This document shows positions 36,840 through 50,852 of a DNA stretch of 64,000 nt, in pieces (the stretch's first letter is position 1; each line of letters starts with the position of its first letter). The DNA comes from Octopus vulgaris (lineage: Eukaryota), in assembly GCA_951406725.2 (NCBI GenBank), contig OX597818.1:17856001-17920000 (forward strand), written 5' to 3'. The translations under genes and the position numbers were made by a program. The notes beneath the pieces were generated by a model. That model did no database searches. It saw only the letters and a list, made by a program, of their open reading frames with translations, and was not told the DNA's origin.

Positions 36840-37689
36840 TACATACACACACACACATATATATATATATACATACACACACACGCATATATATGTGTGT
36901 ATGTGTGTGTGTGCGTACATACATGTATATGTATGAGTATACACACACACACACACACACACACAAATAAATTTATGGAACTCCCCACTATCAGACATGG
37001 TTTTGGATTTGTAAAGTGAAGTGTGAGTGAAATATGGCTGCTGTTTAGTGGCCGCTTAGATGTTACTTCGAGGTGAATCATAATAGGAGATGCAGCGCCC
37101 ACAAACTTTGAAAACGCCTAGGACACTTGCGAGACTGATGGAGCTGATACTATGTCTGAATATTTGCAAGTTACTACTTCCATGGAAAATGTGAGCGAAT
37201 CTGATTGCTTGCGATGCACGCGATGGTAAGAAATCTCCTTAAAGTTCCAAGGATCAGATAGTCTTGTAAAACCAGGAAGCTTGTTAGATTGTCATCCGAG
37301 TTTACAGTTACCCAAAGTGGAAGTGAAATGAATAGTTTGTATCGGAATGGTAAAATGTTCAAATCTGTTGGCAAAATAACAAAAGGTAGTTCTCAGCTTG
37401 GCGAAGTGATTCGCTTCTAATTATTACTCACCTGCCGAATACTTGTAAAGCGAAAAATATTTAAAACAAAGAAACGAGCAGCGAATTAATGCAGTTTAAG
37501 ATACCTCGTTTAAGTGCGCTGGCTGACAACAAAATGGTGCGTTGAATTCAAGCAAATATGACGGTACAGAGCACAGAAAACCGGACTTTACCGATTCTCG
37601 CCAGCGCAATTTAATGCGTATAGATGCGCTCGGGTAACGTTCATGAATATCACGCTTTGAGATACATGTGAGATTTTATAAAATTATAA

Positions 37690-37870
37690 ACAGATTTATA
37701 CCTGTAATTATAGGGGCCCTGGGATATGTAACACACTGCCTAAATACCAATCTTGAGAAATTAGGCTTCTCAAAACCAGAAAGGAGAAAGCTAATTCGAA
37801 GACTACGGATCCAATGCATCACTGGAACTGTAAAATTTGTAAAACTTTCCAGAAGTTTATCATTTAAATA
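37690..37870 (+). mobile_element. 3' fragment of an R4/Dong-like RLE non-LTR retrotransposon
   Basis: RFIPVIIGALGYVTHCLNTNLEKLG matches the RLE C-terminal motif PVVIGALG. Confidence 0.65.
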
Positions 37871-38848
37871 TATATGAACTTTTCTAGATATGTAACTACC
37901 ACACATACATACACACACTATCCATTTTTGCATTCTCCTGCCTTTAAAAATCACTTTGTATCCCTCCACTTCAGGCCAGTTATTTTTCACCCATGTAACG
38001 GTGCACGTACTTTTCTCAGACTGTTATTTTCTTTCTCCCTGAACTTCTTTCTCTTTTCCTCTTTCTGACGAAGAGCTATGCTCGAAACGTCACACCCACT
38101 CTTTTTTTCCAACTTAAATTTTGTATGAGTGTCAATCTAATACATCCACTGTGTACATCCTTTTGACTTTTGTTCTTTCCTTTTTTTAACTTTTGATTTG
38201 CTTATATATATAGGACGGGCTTCGATACAATTTCTATCGACCAAATTAACTCATAAGATATTGGGCGGCTCTGAGATACAGTAGAAGACACTTACCCAAG
38301 GTACTGCGCAGTGGAACTGAACTCGATACCACGTTCCTGAAATTGACCAGAGAACTAACAAAGTTGATTGACACATCGATGAAAGATATTTCACCAAGAA
38401 ACAACCCCCAAAATAGATACTGTAAAGATCACACGACATTATTAGAAAATATTTGTAGCAGACTTGCAGAAAACTGACTTTATCTATTTTTCGACTCCTT
38501 CACCAAAGTCCTTGAGAATGGAAGAGACTTCTCTTAGCTAAATCTTAAAACTTGAATCTGTGACACGATCAATGTCGAAATTTTATAATAACTATGGTGA
38601 TTTCTGACATAGTCTTAAGGTTACACATTTCTGTGTAAATCGATTAAATCGATCACAGTACTTGACTGGTAAATTACATTATCGATGACCAGGAAATCGA
38701 CCTCGGCTAGATTTGAAATCAGTATATGAAATGACACCATTAATAGTTAAGAATCCGTTATATTGAGTAAAATATTTGCTGTAGCCTATCTTTTATACCA
38801 AAGCAAGATCAAAAGCCACGAGAGCGCGTGCCTGGTACTGCATCAGGG

Positions 38849-38911
<63 letters not shown>

Positions 38912-39284
38912 CAACTACTTTCACCTCGTTATCAAATCGTTGTCCCTGAAGACTCTTTCATTGGCTCCAACAGGTGGAAGTCGACGGATTTAGACTTAAG
39001 ACAATTTGAGTGTCAAGGATGGGACGATATAATTGACTAACCCTTCCCCACAAAATTGCTGGCCTTCTGCCAAGACTAGGAAGAAATGCTTTTGCGATGT
39101 TTGTTTTGACTGTTTCTTCTGGCTCTTTGCGCTCTGTTGTTCAAATTCCGCCGAAATCAACTTTTGCGGTCTTCCTTTCGACGTCGAGAAAATGAAAAAC
39201 CAAGGTCGATTATATACACCAACTCTGAATCCTAAATATTGTTGGCTGTATACCTAAACCAGAATCCATCATTATTATTATAGA

Positions 39285-39589
39285 CTAGCAGTATCACCCG
39301 GCGTTGCTCGGGTTTGTAAGGGAAATAACTATATAAGCATTTTTAGAGAGTTACTTCCCTTATATAAATCGAGCAAAAATAGATTAAAAATGCGGAAAAA
39401 TGATGGTAATTTTTTTTTTTTAATCGTAGACTCATCGTAGACGCGCGTTAATACCCAGAAGGGCTCGATATGAATCACGACTATAAGATACCCGCTTCTG
39501 GTTAAACTGCACCGCAAAATGTGGGATTAGTTAGGAATCTAAATCGAAGTAGACAAATACACACACGACTACAGTTTTATATATAAAGA
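39285..39589 (-). mobile_element. Non-autonomous Helitron, shorter copy of the 18448-18942 family
   Basis: Reverse strand A|TCTTTATATATAAAA...CCCGAGCAACGCCGGG-TGATACTGCTAG|T. Confidence 0.9.
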
Positions 39590-40034
39590 TTATGCAATTT
39601 TTATTTCCAAATAAAAGTTATATTCATAACATATATCTTAAAGGCATTAGAAATATTACTAATAATAAAATAAGACAAAAGCGGAATTTTAAAAAAAGGC
39701 ATTTTTATTTTGCAGAATTTCAATTACAGTATTATAGGCTCAAGTTAATTGTATTTACATTTATATAGTGTTTGATGTGATTGAAGTGGAAATTCTGTGA
39801 GAAAACAATAGAATTCGAAGTAAAAATGCTTTCAGAATACATTAAATTTATGTTGATTTTTCACGTTAAACTTAATTGTTAAATGAGATGCATTAATGAA
39901 TTAGCCTTACATCACATGTGTGTGTGTGTGTGTGTGTGTGCGTGTACGTGTGTTTTTGTGTGTATATATACATAGGTACATATGTATATATACGGATGTA
40001 TATATGTATTTATATATACATATCTATCTATCCA

Positions 40035-40085
<51 letters not shown>

Positions 40086-40216
40086 TTGTATGTGTATACA
40101 CACATATATATATATACATATATATGTATACACATAAACATATATCTATATATATATATATATATTAAATGTATGTATATATATATATATTTAAATATAT
40201 ATACACAAACACACAT

Positions 40217-40254
<38 letters not shown>

Positions 40255-40852
40255 TTAAGTATATATACATATATATACATATGTATGTATGTATGTATCA
40301 CTTTTAATATATAAAAACCTTGTATAAAAATTTTTAATGAACACAATTGAAAATCATTGTTTTCGTAATATTGCTCAAAGAGTATGGATTTAGAGATCAA
40401 ATTCATTAACTTTCTAGCTAAAATAATCACCATCTTTACTTCTAAAAACAATAAATTGCTTTAATTATCACAAGTTTATTTTATTATAGAAGATTCACGT
40501 AAGTTGATAGTATTGATTGGAAGCAGTAGTTATAATTCATATATTTATATATTCATAATTTATATTCTTTATCCACCAATGCAGTGTTGAGCACTCGTTA
40601 TCACTGCTTGATATTAGCGTGTTTATAATTTATAGTAATATATATTCTTTATTATTTTTAGTTAATAAATAATGAAGAAAACATTATTTCTAATCGAGAG
40701 AACTAGCAAAATGTCTTGAGGGAGAAGAGCTTCGTGTTTAATCAAATTTTGATTTGCTTTTTAAACGCTTTTACGGAATTTTCTTTTTAGCTGCATAAGT
40801 ACCATGACAAAACTATTGGCTTTTGAGTCATTTTGTAAGTGATAACCAAATA

Positions 40853-40924
<72 letters not shown>

Positions 40925-40928
<4 letters not shown>

Positions 40929-41345
40929 AATTAATAAATAATAAATAAAATATATGCATACATACATACATATATGTACATGCCTACATCTATATGTATA
41001 TATACATGCATATATGGGTACAGGACACAAAAAAAAAAAAAACGTAGAACACAACGAGAAACGAAAACATAAAAACAAACACATGGAAACGGACTTTTCA
41101 AACAACGAAAAAACAGAGTAAAAGACATACAACACAAGGAACATTCCCCTTCTTCAGCTGCCCCTGCTTCGACTACTCCGTGTTTCGAAGGTAAAGGCAA
41201 GACACGACTTATTTGAAACAATCCTTCCCGCAAAGCAAATTAAATAAAATTTGGGATTTTTTGCGGAGGGGTAAAAATGGTGACAAGAACAGGACGTGTG
41301 TAATTTTTGTAGTCGAAAGTCAGCATGAATAATGACCAAATAATA
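40925..41345 (-). repeat. TA-embedded interspersed repeat, probably Penelope-type terminal repeat (homologous pieces at 23855-24040 and 24785-24870)
   Basis: Shared CCTTCGAAACAC...CAGCTGA.GAAG.GGAAT.TTCCTTGT.TTG...TACTCTGTTTTTTCGTTGTTT and TATACATGTAGATGTA.G.ATGTACATATATG blocks. Confidence 0.6.
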
Positions 41346-41989
41346 TAAGATCCAATTTTAGCAGCATTTCGTAGAGAAAGGATGTAATTCTTGAGCCGGA
41401 AGTCCATGAAGTATAAAATCAATGTGTATCGATGCATCGCACAAAATGATTGGTTATTAAAACGGCCACTTATTTATATGATTATTATATTAGTCGTTAC
41501 ACTATAGAAGATATGACTTTCTTCGAGTTATAGTACATGTATTGTTTGTCGTTGCAGCACACAAACTGTCTCTAGCTCCATGGACCATTGTGTATGGTAA
41601 GCTTCATCTATGAGTTACTACTAAAAGGAAGTATAAGAGTGTCTACGTAAATAGAAACAGTAAAACTTCTTGTATCGAAGAAAGATGTGTATTCTTGGTA
41701 GGAGCCGAATTACCAAAAAGAAAGAGCTGGCTTTTGCTTGCGTATTTATATTCTTCGTAACTAAATTAAATTAAAATAAAATAAAAAGGATTTTCCCACT
41801 ATATCGGCCTTAATCTGTGCATGATTCGTGAAAGATCAAAAAGTCAGTTTATTCTCATACCTTTCCTAATGCAACAGGCGAAATTAATAGGCCGATGGCT
41901 TGTGTAAAGGTTGTGAATTAGATTTCTAATCCTAGCTTAGAAATTTGGTTATTGTTCGCTACAAAAGTAAAAAAGTGCCAAAACCTTAA

Positions 41990-44830
41990 GTACGGGTCCA
42001 TCCGGCAACATTCTAGTCTTAGCTGATGGCTAAACCTAATAGACACGAAACGAATGGCTCTTTTAAGGACGAACCACCATTGGTTATTAACCACGGAACC
42101 GGTTAACGCCCTCTGTACTAATTCCTTAATCCGGCTGCAGTATGCTTCACAAGTCAAAATAGACTTGTTCAGCTTCCAGTAATCGGATCCTCTCTTAACT
42201 GCACTATTTACGTTCAGCCTACGCTTAACCATTCCATGGTCCGTGTAGGATACTGGAACAAGCTGTGCACAACTAAAGTTAGCTTTATCTTTAGCTCTTA
42301 TCGCTATCCTATCTAAGTAAGAGTTGAACCTTCCGTCGCCATTCATCCAGGTCCACTCTGGGACATTCGGATGTTCAAGTCTGTAACAATCTGCTTGCTG
42401 AAATCGCTTAAGCAGATCTATAAGGCGTGATTTCGTTTTCCTATCAATCGAGCCAACGCTATCGATGCGTGCGTCAACGATAGCGTTATAGTCACCTAAC
42501 ACCACTAATGTCTTCAACGTTACGAGAAAGTTCTCTAGGCGCCGATAAAAATCAGTTTGTAATCCTCTAGCACAGGGTGCATAGATTCTGATCAACCTGA
42601 AGGCTCTACCACTGTACATCATATCAAGGACGACCAGCCCACCTTCAGGGTCCACACAGACTGTACTCGTCTGCAGTCAAGCCTTTTCGGACGAGTACTA
42701 CTACACCCCCTCGACCTCCGGTCTGGCTAGGAGACATGATTTTCTGCTATCCTTCCAGAAGGGGCAAGATGGTTTGTAGACTGTCCTGCTTGGTCTCTGT
42801 AGCAACCATCACACGTATATCATGTGATCTGAGGTCGTTGAGGAGGCAAGTTTGCTTCCACTTCGAGCTCAGACCACATACATTTAAGCACCCCAAGTTA
42901 AGTGAAGCCATAAACCTGGGGGAAAAAACAAAGGCTCTACTTACCCTTATTTGGAGATGCTGGGGTTGACCTCACCAAACGTAAGTCGGCCTCCTCCTTT
43001 CTGTCCTTCTCCGGGCATTCGGGCGGGTCTGTGCGCCTCCTGATGCCTCTCGAACGCCTATCCTTCATCTGCCTGTATAAATTTTCTCCCATCCAGGCAC
43101 GTTTCATATGTGTATCGTCTAGATGCAAAAATTTCACTGTATGGTATAGTGGAATTTGTCTTTCTAAATAATCGTCTATAGAGTCATATTCAATTAAAAT
43201 TATTTCTTCATTCTTTTGTGCTTTTTCCGGGGCGGTGGGGCGGGGTCTTTTTTGTTATCTGTGGTGTATGGTTGTCTTTTTTCCTGTGGAGGTATATGGG
43301 TGGGGAAGGTGCATGTGAACGTTTGCGAATTGTCATGAATTTCTCTTCGGACACCTCCATGGTGTCGTCTGGGGACGTTATGTTTGAAACACAAGCTGCC
43401 TCAGAAATCAGGTGGGCGGGGCTTTTATTAATGTGGGGTTTTGTGTATGCTGGGGTTGGGTCTTTTCATTACTTTGTTTGGGGGTGGCACCACAACAGGG
43501 TGAGTGGGAACATTTGCTTTTGTGGGGGCTGGTGTATGTGAAGGTTTGGGGATGTTTTGAATAGTTGTGGGGACTAGTGTCTGTAACAGTTTTTTTCTCT
43601 TTTTCTTCTTTTCCTCCTCTTTCTTTTTTATTTCACAATCGCTTCGAATGAGGCCTTTTTTTTTCCACATTTGAAGTAAGTAACCTTTTTACCCTCCGCT
43701 TGAACTCGGAGGGTAACTTTTTCACCCACGCGTACCCGGTCCAGAAGGTTTTCATTGCCTTCCCGTGCCCCTTGGATGATGGCTGAAATGCTCTGCCCTG
43801 TCCAGTATTGGGAGGCAGAGTATGAAATCTGGAGGAATTGTATTTTGTCTGTCCTGTTGTACAACAGGGCAGCCACCACCTCCCGAGGGTCTATTTCCGG
43901 TGGCACTTCCGTCACCCTCACACAAAAAGTTCGTCTTCCCTTGTAAGAGGGCAGAAGCACCGCCTCCTTCGTCTTCAAGGGGCTAACCGAGTACTCCTGC
44001 GCTAACTTTTCCGTCTTAAAACGAACTTCAATGGTTGCAAAAACCTCGCCCATTGCGATATGAGTAATATCATTCCATACAGGAGCGAGGTATTTCTCAA
44101 TAACATTTTCTTTGAGATGTTTAAAACGTCTTCCTTCCATACAGAAGGATCTGAAGACCACAGTTCTCTTCTCTATTTCTTCAGCATCGAACCCGAGTGT
44201 TACTTTGATATCTTCGTCTTCCTCCTTCATCTTGGAAAATATTCTTTCAAATCTTCATTGTTCAACACAATGTCTTCGTTTCCACGGCGGCAACGTCAGA
44301 AAACTTTTTGCTATTAACATTTCTCATTGAGAGTGCTTTTTTCTTTTAAAATTTCGACCGACACGCTCGGTCAAAATCATAGACGCACAAAAAACAGGTT
44401 TGTAAATTGTTCACCAAATTAGTTCAGATCTTCCTCCACCCTCTTTACGGGGCGTGGCACAAGAGAAACCTACGCTGGCTTGAAAAAAGTTTCAATCGCA
44501 CAAAAAAAGTTTTTCGCCTTACCTTCTCGATAGAGAAGCATAAAAATCCAGAGTACACGTAATCCAGACAAACGGTACTCCAATGCACACAAATAGTTAA
44601 TTCACAATAACAACGAATCTTTCCCCCCACCCCCTTTGGGGGGAAGCATGACACAAGGAAAAGCTTACAACGGCTTGAAAAAAGTTTCAATGCCTAATTG
44701 AAGTTAAAAAGGTTTTTACACCTTACCTTCCCTTTAGGGAAGCATAAAAATCCCAAGACACAATAACAAGGTACGTCTTACTTGCTCCAAAATAGCAGCA
44801 ACAGTAACTGGAAGCACTCTCCAAAATGGA
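41990..44830 (-). mobile_element. L1/Tx1-clade LINE, 5' half only (5' UTR, ORF1 with zinc knuckle, APE endonuclease; RT absent)
   Basis: ORF1 43628-44230 ends in a frameshifted FKCGKKGLIRSDC knuckle followed by a Pro/Lys-rich linker; ORF2 begins near 42910 with LGCLNV, ATETK, RGGVVVL, IRIYAP, VLGDYNA, SYLDRI, TDH and YWKLN; 5' UTR has a duplicated GGCTTGAAAAAAGTTTCAAT unit. Confidence 0.88.
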
Positions 44831-45550
44831 GGTAAGCAAGCTACTTACCACACAGCCACTCCTACGCTTGATTCTTTCCTTCTTTCTATCAGCCCTTTCA
44901 CACTTCGTTCATTCCACTCTTCGTTCTGTCGTTTCCCCTCTCTCACATTTCCTGGCCTTCTCTTCGTGTTCATTTTCCCTCTTTCACTTCACTGTGTCTC
45001 TTTCATTTTTTCTCGCTCCTCTTTAATTCTTCTATCCCCCTGCCTCTACCTCTCTCTCTTCTCTCCCCACGTGACCGGTGTTCGGCCAGGCCTGATCTTT
45101 CTTTCTTGGTTCAACTACCATCCGTGCAACATCTATATTCCTTCCTGCGACTGTTAAATCTTATGTCCCTTCTGTAAGGCTTTACTTCCACACACGCCAG
45201 CTGAATTTAATTCGTCCTTAGTCGAAAGACACCTGTTGTTATGTCCTGTTAATTGCATTTGTTTTTGTGTAACATTTCTCTGTTTTTTTTCCGTCCTTGT
45301 TTTCGTATACATTCACTGCTTTCTTTCAAGGAATCTAATGCTCTTAGCTTATTTTTTCCTTGGGACTGGCCAGATTGGAGCAATCTCGAGTATAACCAGC
45401 CAAAATTGCAAAGATAATCTGGAACTCGACTGAGGATAGGAAATTCCGAATGATCTGTCCTTGTTTTCCTTGTATCGTCTGTCTGGATATTTTGTCCCTT
45501 TTTTGTTTCCCATAACTGTCTGGATGTTTTGCGTTCTTGTCCCATTTTTG

Positions 45551-46739
<1,189 letters not shown>

Positions 46740-47472
46740 GAGCACATATTTATGCACACATATATGTCCTAACTTATTACTACATCTGCATACTCGGATT
46801 ACTACATATAGCCATATATATATATAAAGTTAATCCAAACATGAAAGCACAAAAAGACACAACAACGCGAGGACGTGGAACAAATATAGTATTATTGGAC
46901 ACTCAGGAAAGAAGGAAAGACGGAGGGTTTAATGTTTCGAACGGAGCTCTTCGTCGGAAACATAGGAGAAGGAAAAAAATCGCCAATGGTACACATGCGG
47001 TCACATTTTGAATGACCGGAAGGAAATGGGTGAAGAAAAGTTCTTTCAAGGACAGGAGAGTGCAACACACACATAATCACACATAACACTTCCAATCAGT
47101 TAAGATCAGAAGTGTTATCATGTACATTGTTTTGTCTTGGTATAAAAGATGGGCTACAGCAAATATTCTGCTCAATACCACAGATTTGCTTGTCAGTTGT
47201 TTGACCTTAACCAGTTGAGCATGTCCCTTAGTGGCTGACGATATGTGCATCTCTGATCACGAGCAGAAGTAGTGGGGGAGCATCATAGCCATGTGTTGAG
47301 AGGGATTCTTTGGGGTTTGAATAGTTCACCTCTGGAAACATGGGTGGTTCTTTCAACATCCTTAAACAACCCTTATTCAGGGACCGCTTGAGCAGGATGG
47401 GCTACTCAAAATGAGGAAAATTCTAACTGGGCCCCACCTGCAAGGTCATGTGCTGTTTATCTTGATATGAGA

Positions 47473-47530
<58 letters not shown>

Positions 47531-47554
47531 TATTATTGTTGTTGTTGTTATTAT

Positions 47555-47905
47555 TATGGCTATTGTTATTTATGGGTTGCTTTATCATATTTCTAATATT
47601 TCTATTGTTATTTTTATATTTATCCTTGGTAGTGTTGCAGTCATCCAAATTTTGGGGGCTGGAGGTAGTTGTTTTATCCTGGCTACTATAGTTAATATTC
47701 CCGGGGAAATATTTTATGTTACCTTTTTATTCTGCATCATTTAGTGCTATATTGTATTTTTCCTTGTGTTTATTAAAGACTCTTCATTAGAAGAGAGATT
47801 TGAAATTCTTTTACTTATATTTAGTAGTAGGGCATTTTTTATTTGCAAAGGATGGTTACTAGAATTGTTTATATGTCTTAATGTAGAGTTTTCTTTAATA
47901 TATAG
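47555..47905 (-). mobile_element. Penelope-like element RT thumb/linker remnant
   Basis: Reverse translation YIKENSTLRHINNSSNHP..ISKRISNLSSNEE..YNIAL resembles the PLE motif YIxxxSNHPxxIxxxIxxRISxLSS. Confidence 0.6.
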
Positions 47906-47909
47906 AGTG

Positions 47910-50852
47910 CTCTCTACCCACAATAACTAAAAAGACTACAGCAACTCAGGGAAACTAAGCCAGAACAACCTGCCATCCTCTACACACCATCATAAACTGC
48001 GAGCAGGGTACAAATTGTTGTCCTTAAATGCTCGCAGTTTATGCAACAAAATACATTTGTTCAACGCCTACGTCAGAAGTGTTGACCCTGACTTCATCAC
48101 TGTCACGGAAACATGGGCGCATTCCTTACTCTGTGATGGGGTTTTCAACATTACGGGGTACAACCTCTTCCGTAAGGACCGCACTAACCGCCGTGGTGGT
48201 GGTGTGATGGTCTACGTTCGTTCAAATTTTTTGGTAATTCCTTGTGCCGATTTGAACGAATCACAAGAAGAAGTTTTTTTCTGTGACGTGCGTATGACCA
48301 TGTCAACACTCCTGCTTGGCGTTGTTTATCGTCCCCCAAGTTACCATCGGGACACACAGCTTTGCAATGTCCTCCGAGCTGCTGCCAGGAAAACAGCCAC
48401 TTATGTGTTTATTGCAGGCGATTTCAATCATCCTGAGATCGATTGGGAGACCTTCCATTGGCCACAGAGTGCAAACGATTTTGTTGAGCTTGTGCTGGAC
48501 TCAAACTGGTCACAAGTATTCACCTCTCCAACAAGAGGCGACAACACCTTGGACCTGCTCTTCACCACAACTCCTGAAGCAGTTATCAATTGCACTACGG
48601 AGGAACCTCTAGGTGACTCTGATCATGCTATGATCATCGCCAATCTGGCTCTTGCGGGCAACAAAAACCTGAACCATCTCCAATCTGCTTCCTTCGATTG
48701 GAAGAGAGCAGATTGGAACCTGTACCACACTGAACTACAGCACCCAAACTGGCGTGAATTCTACAACTCTGGAGATGTGAATACTATACTCCAGAGTATC
48801 CTGGACTCAATATGGGCAGCATGTGCAGCATCAGTGCCACGTAAACAAAAAAAGAAGAACCGCCCCAAAAGGGCAATTTGGGAAACTTCAGCGGTCCGAC
48901 TTGCCAGGAGGGAACGTCGGACTGCTGAACGTGAATACAGGTTGCATAAATCAGACACCAACAGGAAGAAGCGGAATAAATCCTCCAACCATCTCAAGCA
49001 AGTGACAAAAAAAGCAGTGCTTGAATTTGAACAGTGCATAGCAGCCAATCCTGACTGCAAGGTTTTCTGGAAATATGTGCACTCAAAGCAGAGACCTCAC
49101 TCTCCAGTGGGCCCTCTTCGCAACCCTCACACAAACCAGATCACTGACGACCCCAAGGAATGCGCAGAACTCATTGCCGAGTGCTATGCAAACATATTCA
49201 CTGTTGAAAGTCAAAATGTACCATCTTCACCATCACTAACAGCAAACTCCATAACAACTATGGAATTTACACCTGCAATGCTGCGACGTCACCTTCAAAA
49301 TAAGCACAACTATGCCTCCCCTGGTCTCGATGGAGTTACATACCTGCTTCTCAAACGTGGCAGGCACTTCCTTTTACACCAGCTTTCTATTTTCTTCCAG
49401 TACTGTCTCAACAATGGTGCTACTCCGGAGCAGTGGAAAACTGCCAGTGTCATTCCTCTGTTCAAAAAGGGCGACCGCACATCACCTGTCAACTATCGCC
49501 CAGTCAGTCTCACTAGCTGTATTGCAAAACTGATGGAATCGTGTGTCAGAGAAACACTCTGGAACTTCTGGAGCTCTCACAGTCTCATCCGACCCTCACA
49601 ATATGGATTTGTCCCTAACTCCAGCTGCAGTGACCAGCTTGTCGAGTTCCTTGAGGACATTACTCAGATTACTGACAGTGGCTCATGGGTGGATGTTGTC
49701 TACCTTGACTTTGCTAAGGCTTTCAACTCTGTGCCACACAAAAGGCTTATGGTGAAACTCTCTGCAATGGGTGTGGGGGATGACCTTTTTAACTGGTTGA
49801 AATCCTTCATCCTCAGCCGAAAGGAGGTAGTCACAGTTCTAGGACAGCACTCTACACCATATGAGATGTCATCGGGTGTACCACAGGGATCTGTCCTTGG
49901 TCCCCTCTTGTTTGTGGCATACATTAACGACATAGATGCCAATTTAAAGAATGCCACAGTATTGAAATATGCAGACGACATCAAGCTGTACCTTGAAATC
50001 AAGAGGACAGATCCTGATGTCTACAACTCTTTCCTGCAATCAGACCTAGACACAATGCAGCAATGGATCACAGACTGGCAACTGAAACTGGCTGTGGACA
50101 AGTGTACCACCATGCATTTTGGGAGAAAAAACCCTGCGTTCACATACTCCCTCCACAACACTGATATCAAGAAATCCTCTTGCGAGCGTGACCTAGGCAT
50201 CACTGTCAGCAGTGATTTGCGTTGGTCAAAGCATATCTCTAAGATTGTCAGGAAGGCCGAGGGTGTCTTGGCATCACTCAGCAGGTCTTTTGTTAGCCGC
50301 TCTCCAGCCATCTATTTAAAACTGTATACAGCTATGGTACGACCACACTTGGAATTCGCATCATCAGTTTGGAACCCCTATCTTGCACAGAACATTGACC
50401 TCCTGGAATCTGTCCAGAGACGTGCAACCAAACGCATACCCTCCATCAGACACCTACCATATTCTGAGTGCCTTGTTTCCCTGGGCATGGATTCACTGAA
50501 GCTCCGGCGTTTGGCGACGGACTTGGTAAACACCCACAAAGTTATCAACCACCTCACCAACAACAACACTGAACACCTTTTTGATCTCCATGTGTCTAAC
50601 ACACGTGGACATGCCTACAAAGTCAGAAAACAATACAGCTCCCATGACTTTCGGAAACATTTTTTCACGCTCAGAGTTGCTGAAGCATGGAATAAACTGC
50701 CTGCGTCAGTTGTTGACTGCCATGACACTGCATCTTTTAAGGCCCTCATGCTTTCCGAAATCCGCCGAAACTACACCTGATTATATATACACTTTAGATG
50801 AGTTGTAGTGCACCTGAGCACTGTACACAATTATTATTATTATTATTATTAT
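47910..50852 (+). mobile_element. CR1-clade LINE, 5'-truncated at the end of ORF1, with (ATT)n tail
   Basis: Contains the intact ORF2 below, a short 3' UTR with stem-loop AGTGC-ACCTGA-GCACT and an (ATT)n tail. Confidence 0.92.
48015..50780 (+). CDS. CR1 ORF2: APE endonuclease plus reverse transcriptase, 921 aa, uninterrupted (frame open from 47931, no ATG at the start)
   Basis: SLNARSL, VTETW, GGGV, VVYRPP, AGDFN, TLDL, SDH; NYRPVSLTS, QYGF, YLDFAKAF, GVPQGSVLGP, YADD, ERDLG, WNKLP. Confidence 0.95.
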   Translation: MLSLNARSLCNKIHLFNAYVRSVDPDFITVTETWAHSLLCDGVFNITGYNLFRKDRTNRRGGGVMVYVRSNFLVIPCADLNESQEEVFFCDVRMTMSTLLLGVVYRPPSYHRDTQLCNVLRAAARKTATYVFIAGDFNHPEIDWETFHWPQSANDFVELVLDSNWSQVFTSPTRGDNTLDLLFTTTPEAVINCTTEEPLGDSDHAMIIANLALAGNKNLNHLQSASFDWKRADWNLYHTELQHPNWREFYNSGDVNTILQSILDSIWAACAASVPRKQKKKNRPKRAIWETSAVRLARRERRTAEREYRLHKSDTNRKKRNKSSNHLKQVTKKAVLEFEQCIAANPDCKVFWKYVHSKQRPHSPVGPLRNPHTNQITDDPKECAELIAECYANIFTVESQNVPSSPSLTANSITTMEFTPAMLRRHLQNKHNYASPGLDGVTYLLLKRGRHFLLHQLSIFFQYCLNNGATPEQWKTASVIPLFKKGDRTSPVNYRPVSLTSCIAKLMESCVRETLWNFWSSHSLIRPSQYGFVPNSSCSDQLVEFLEDITQITDSGSWVDVVYLDFAKAFNSVPHKRLMVKLSAMGVGDDLFNWLKSFILSRKEVVTVLGQHSTPYEMSSGVPQGSVLGPLLFVAYINDIDANLKNATVLKYADDIKLYLEIKRTDPDVYNSFLQSDLDTMQQWITDWQLKLAVDKCTTMHFGRKNPAFTYSLHNTDIKKSSCERDLGITVSSDLRWSKHISKIVRKAEGVLASLSRSFVSRSPAIYLKLYTAMVRPHLEFASSVWNPYLAQNIDLLESVQRRATKRIPSIRHLPYSECLVSLGMDSLKLRRLATDLVNTHKVINHLTNNNTEHLFDLHVSNTRGHAYKVRKQYSSHDFRKHFFTLRVAEAWNKLPASVVDCHDTASFKALMLSEIRRNYT

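Noticed and set aside
41140-41200. Type II hammerhead in the CCTTCGAAAC...CTGAAGAAGG repeat
   Set aside because: Core words are present in both copies, but stems I and III could not be paired convincingly.
48316-50602. Overlapping and antisense ORFs within the CR1, RTE and GCKR coding regions
   Set aside because: Short shadow frames of real coding sequence with no independent motifs.
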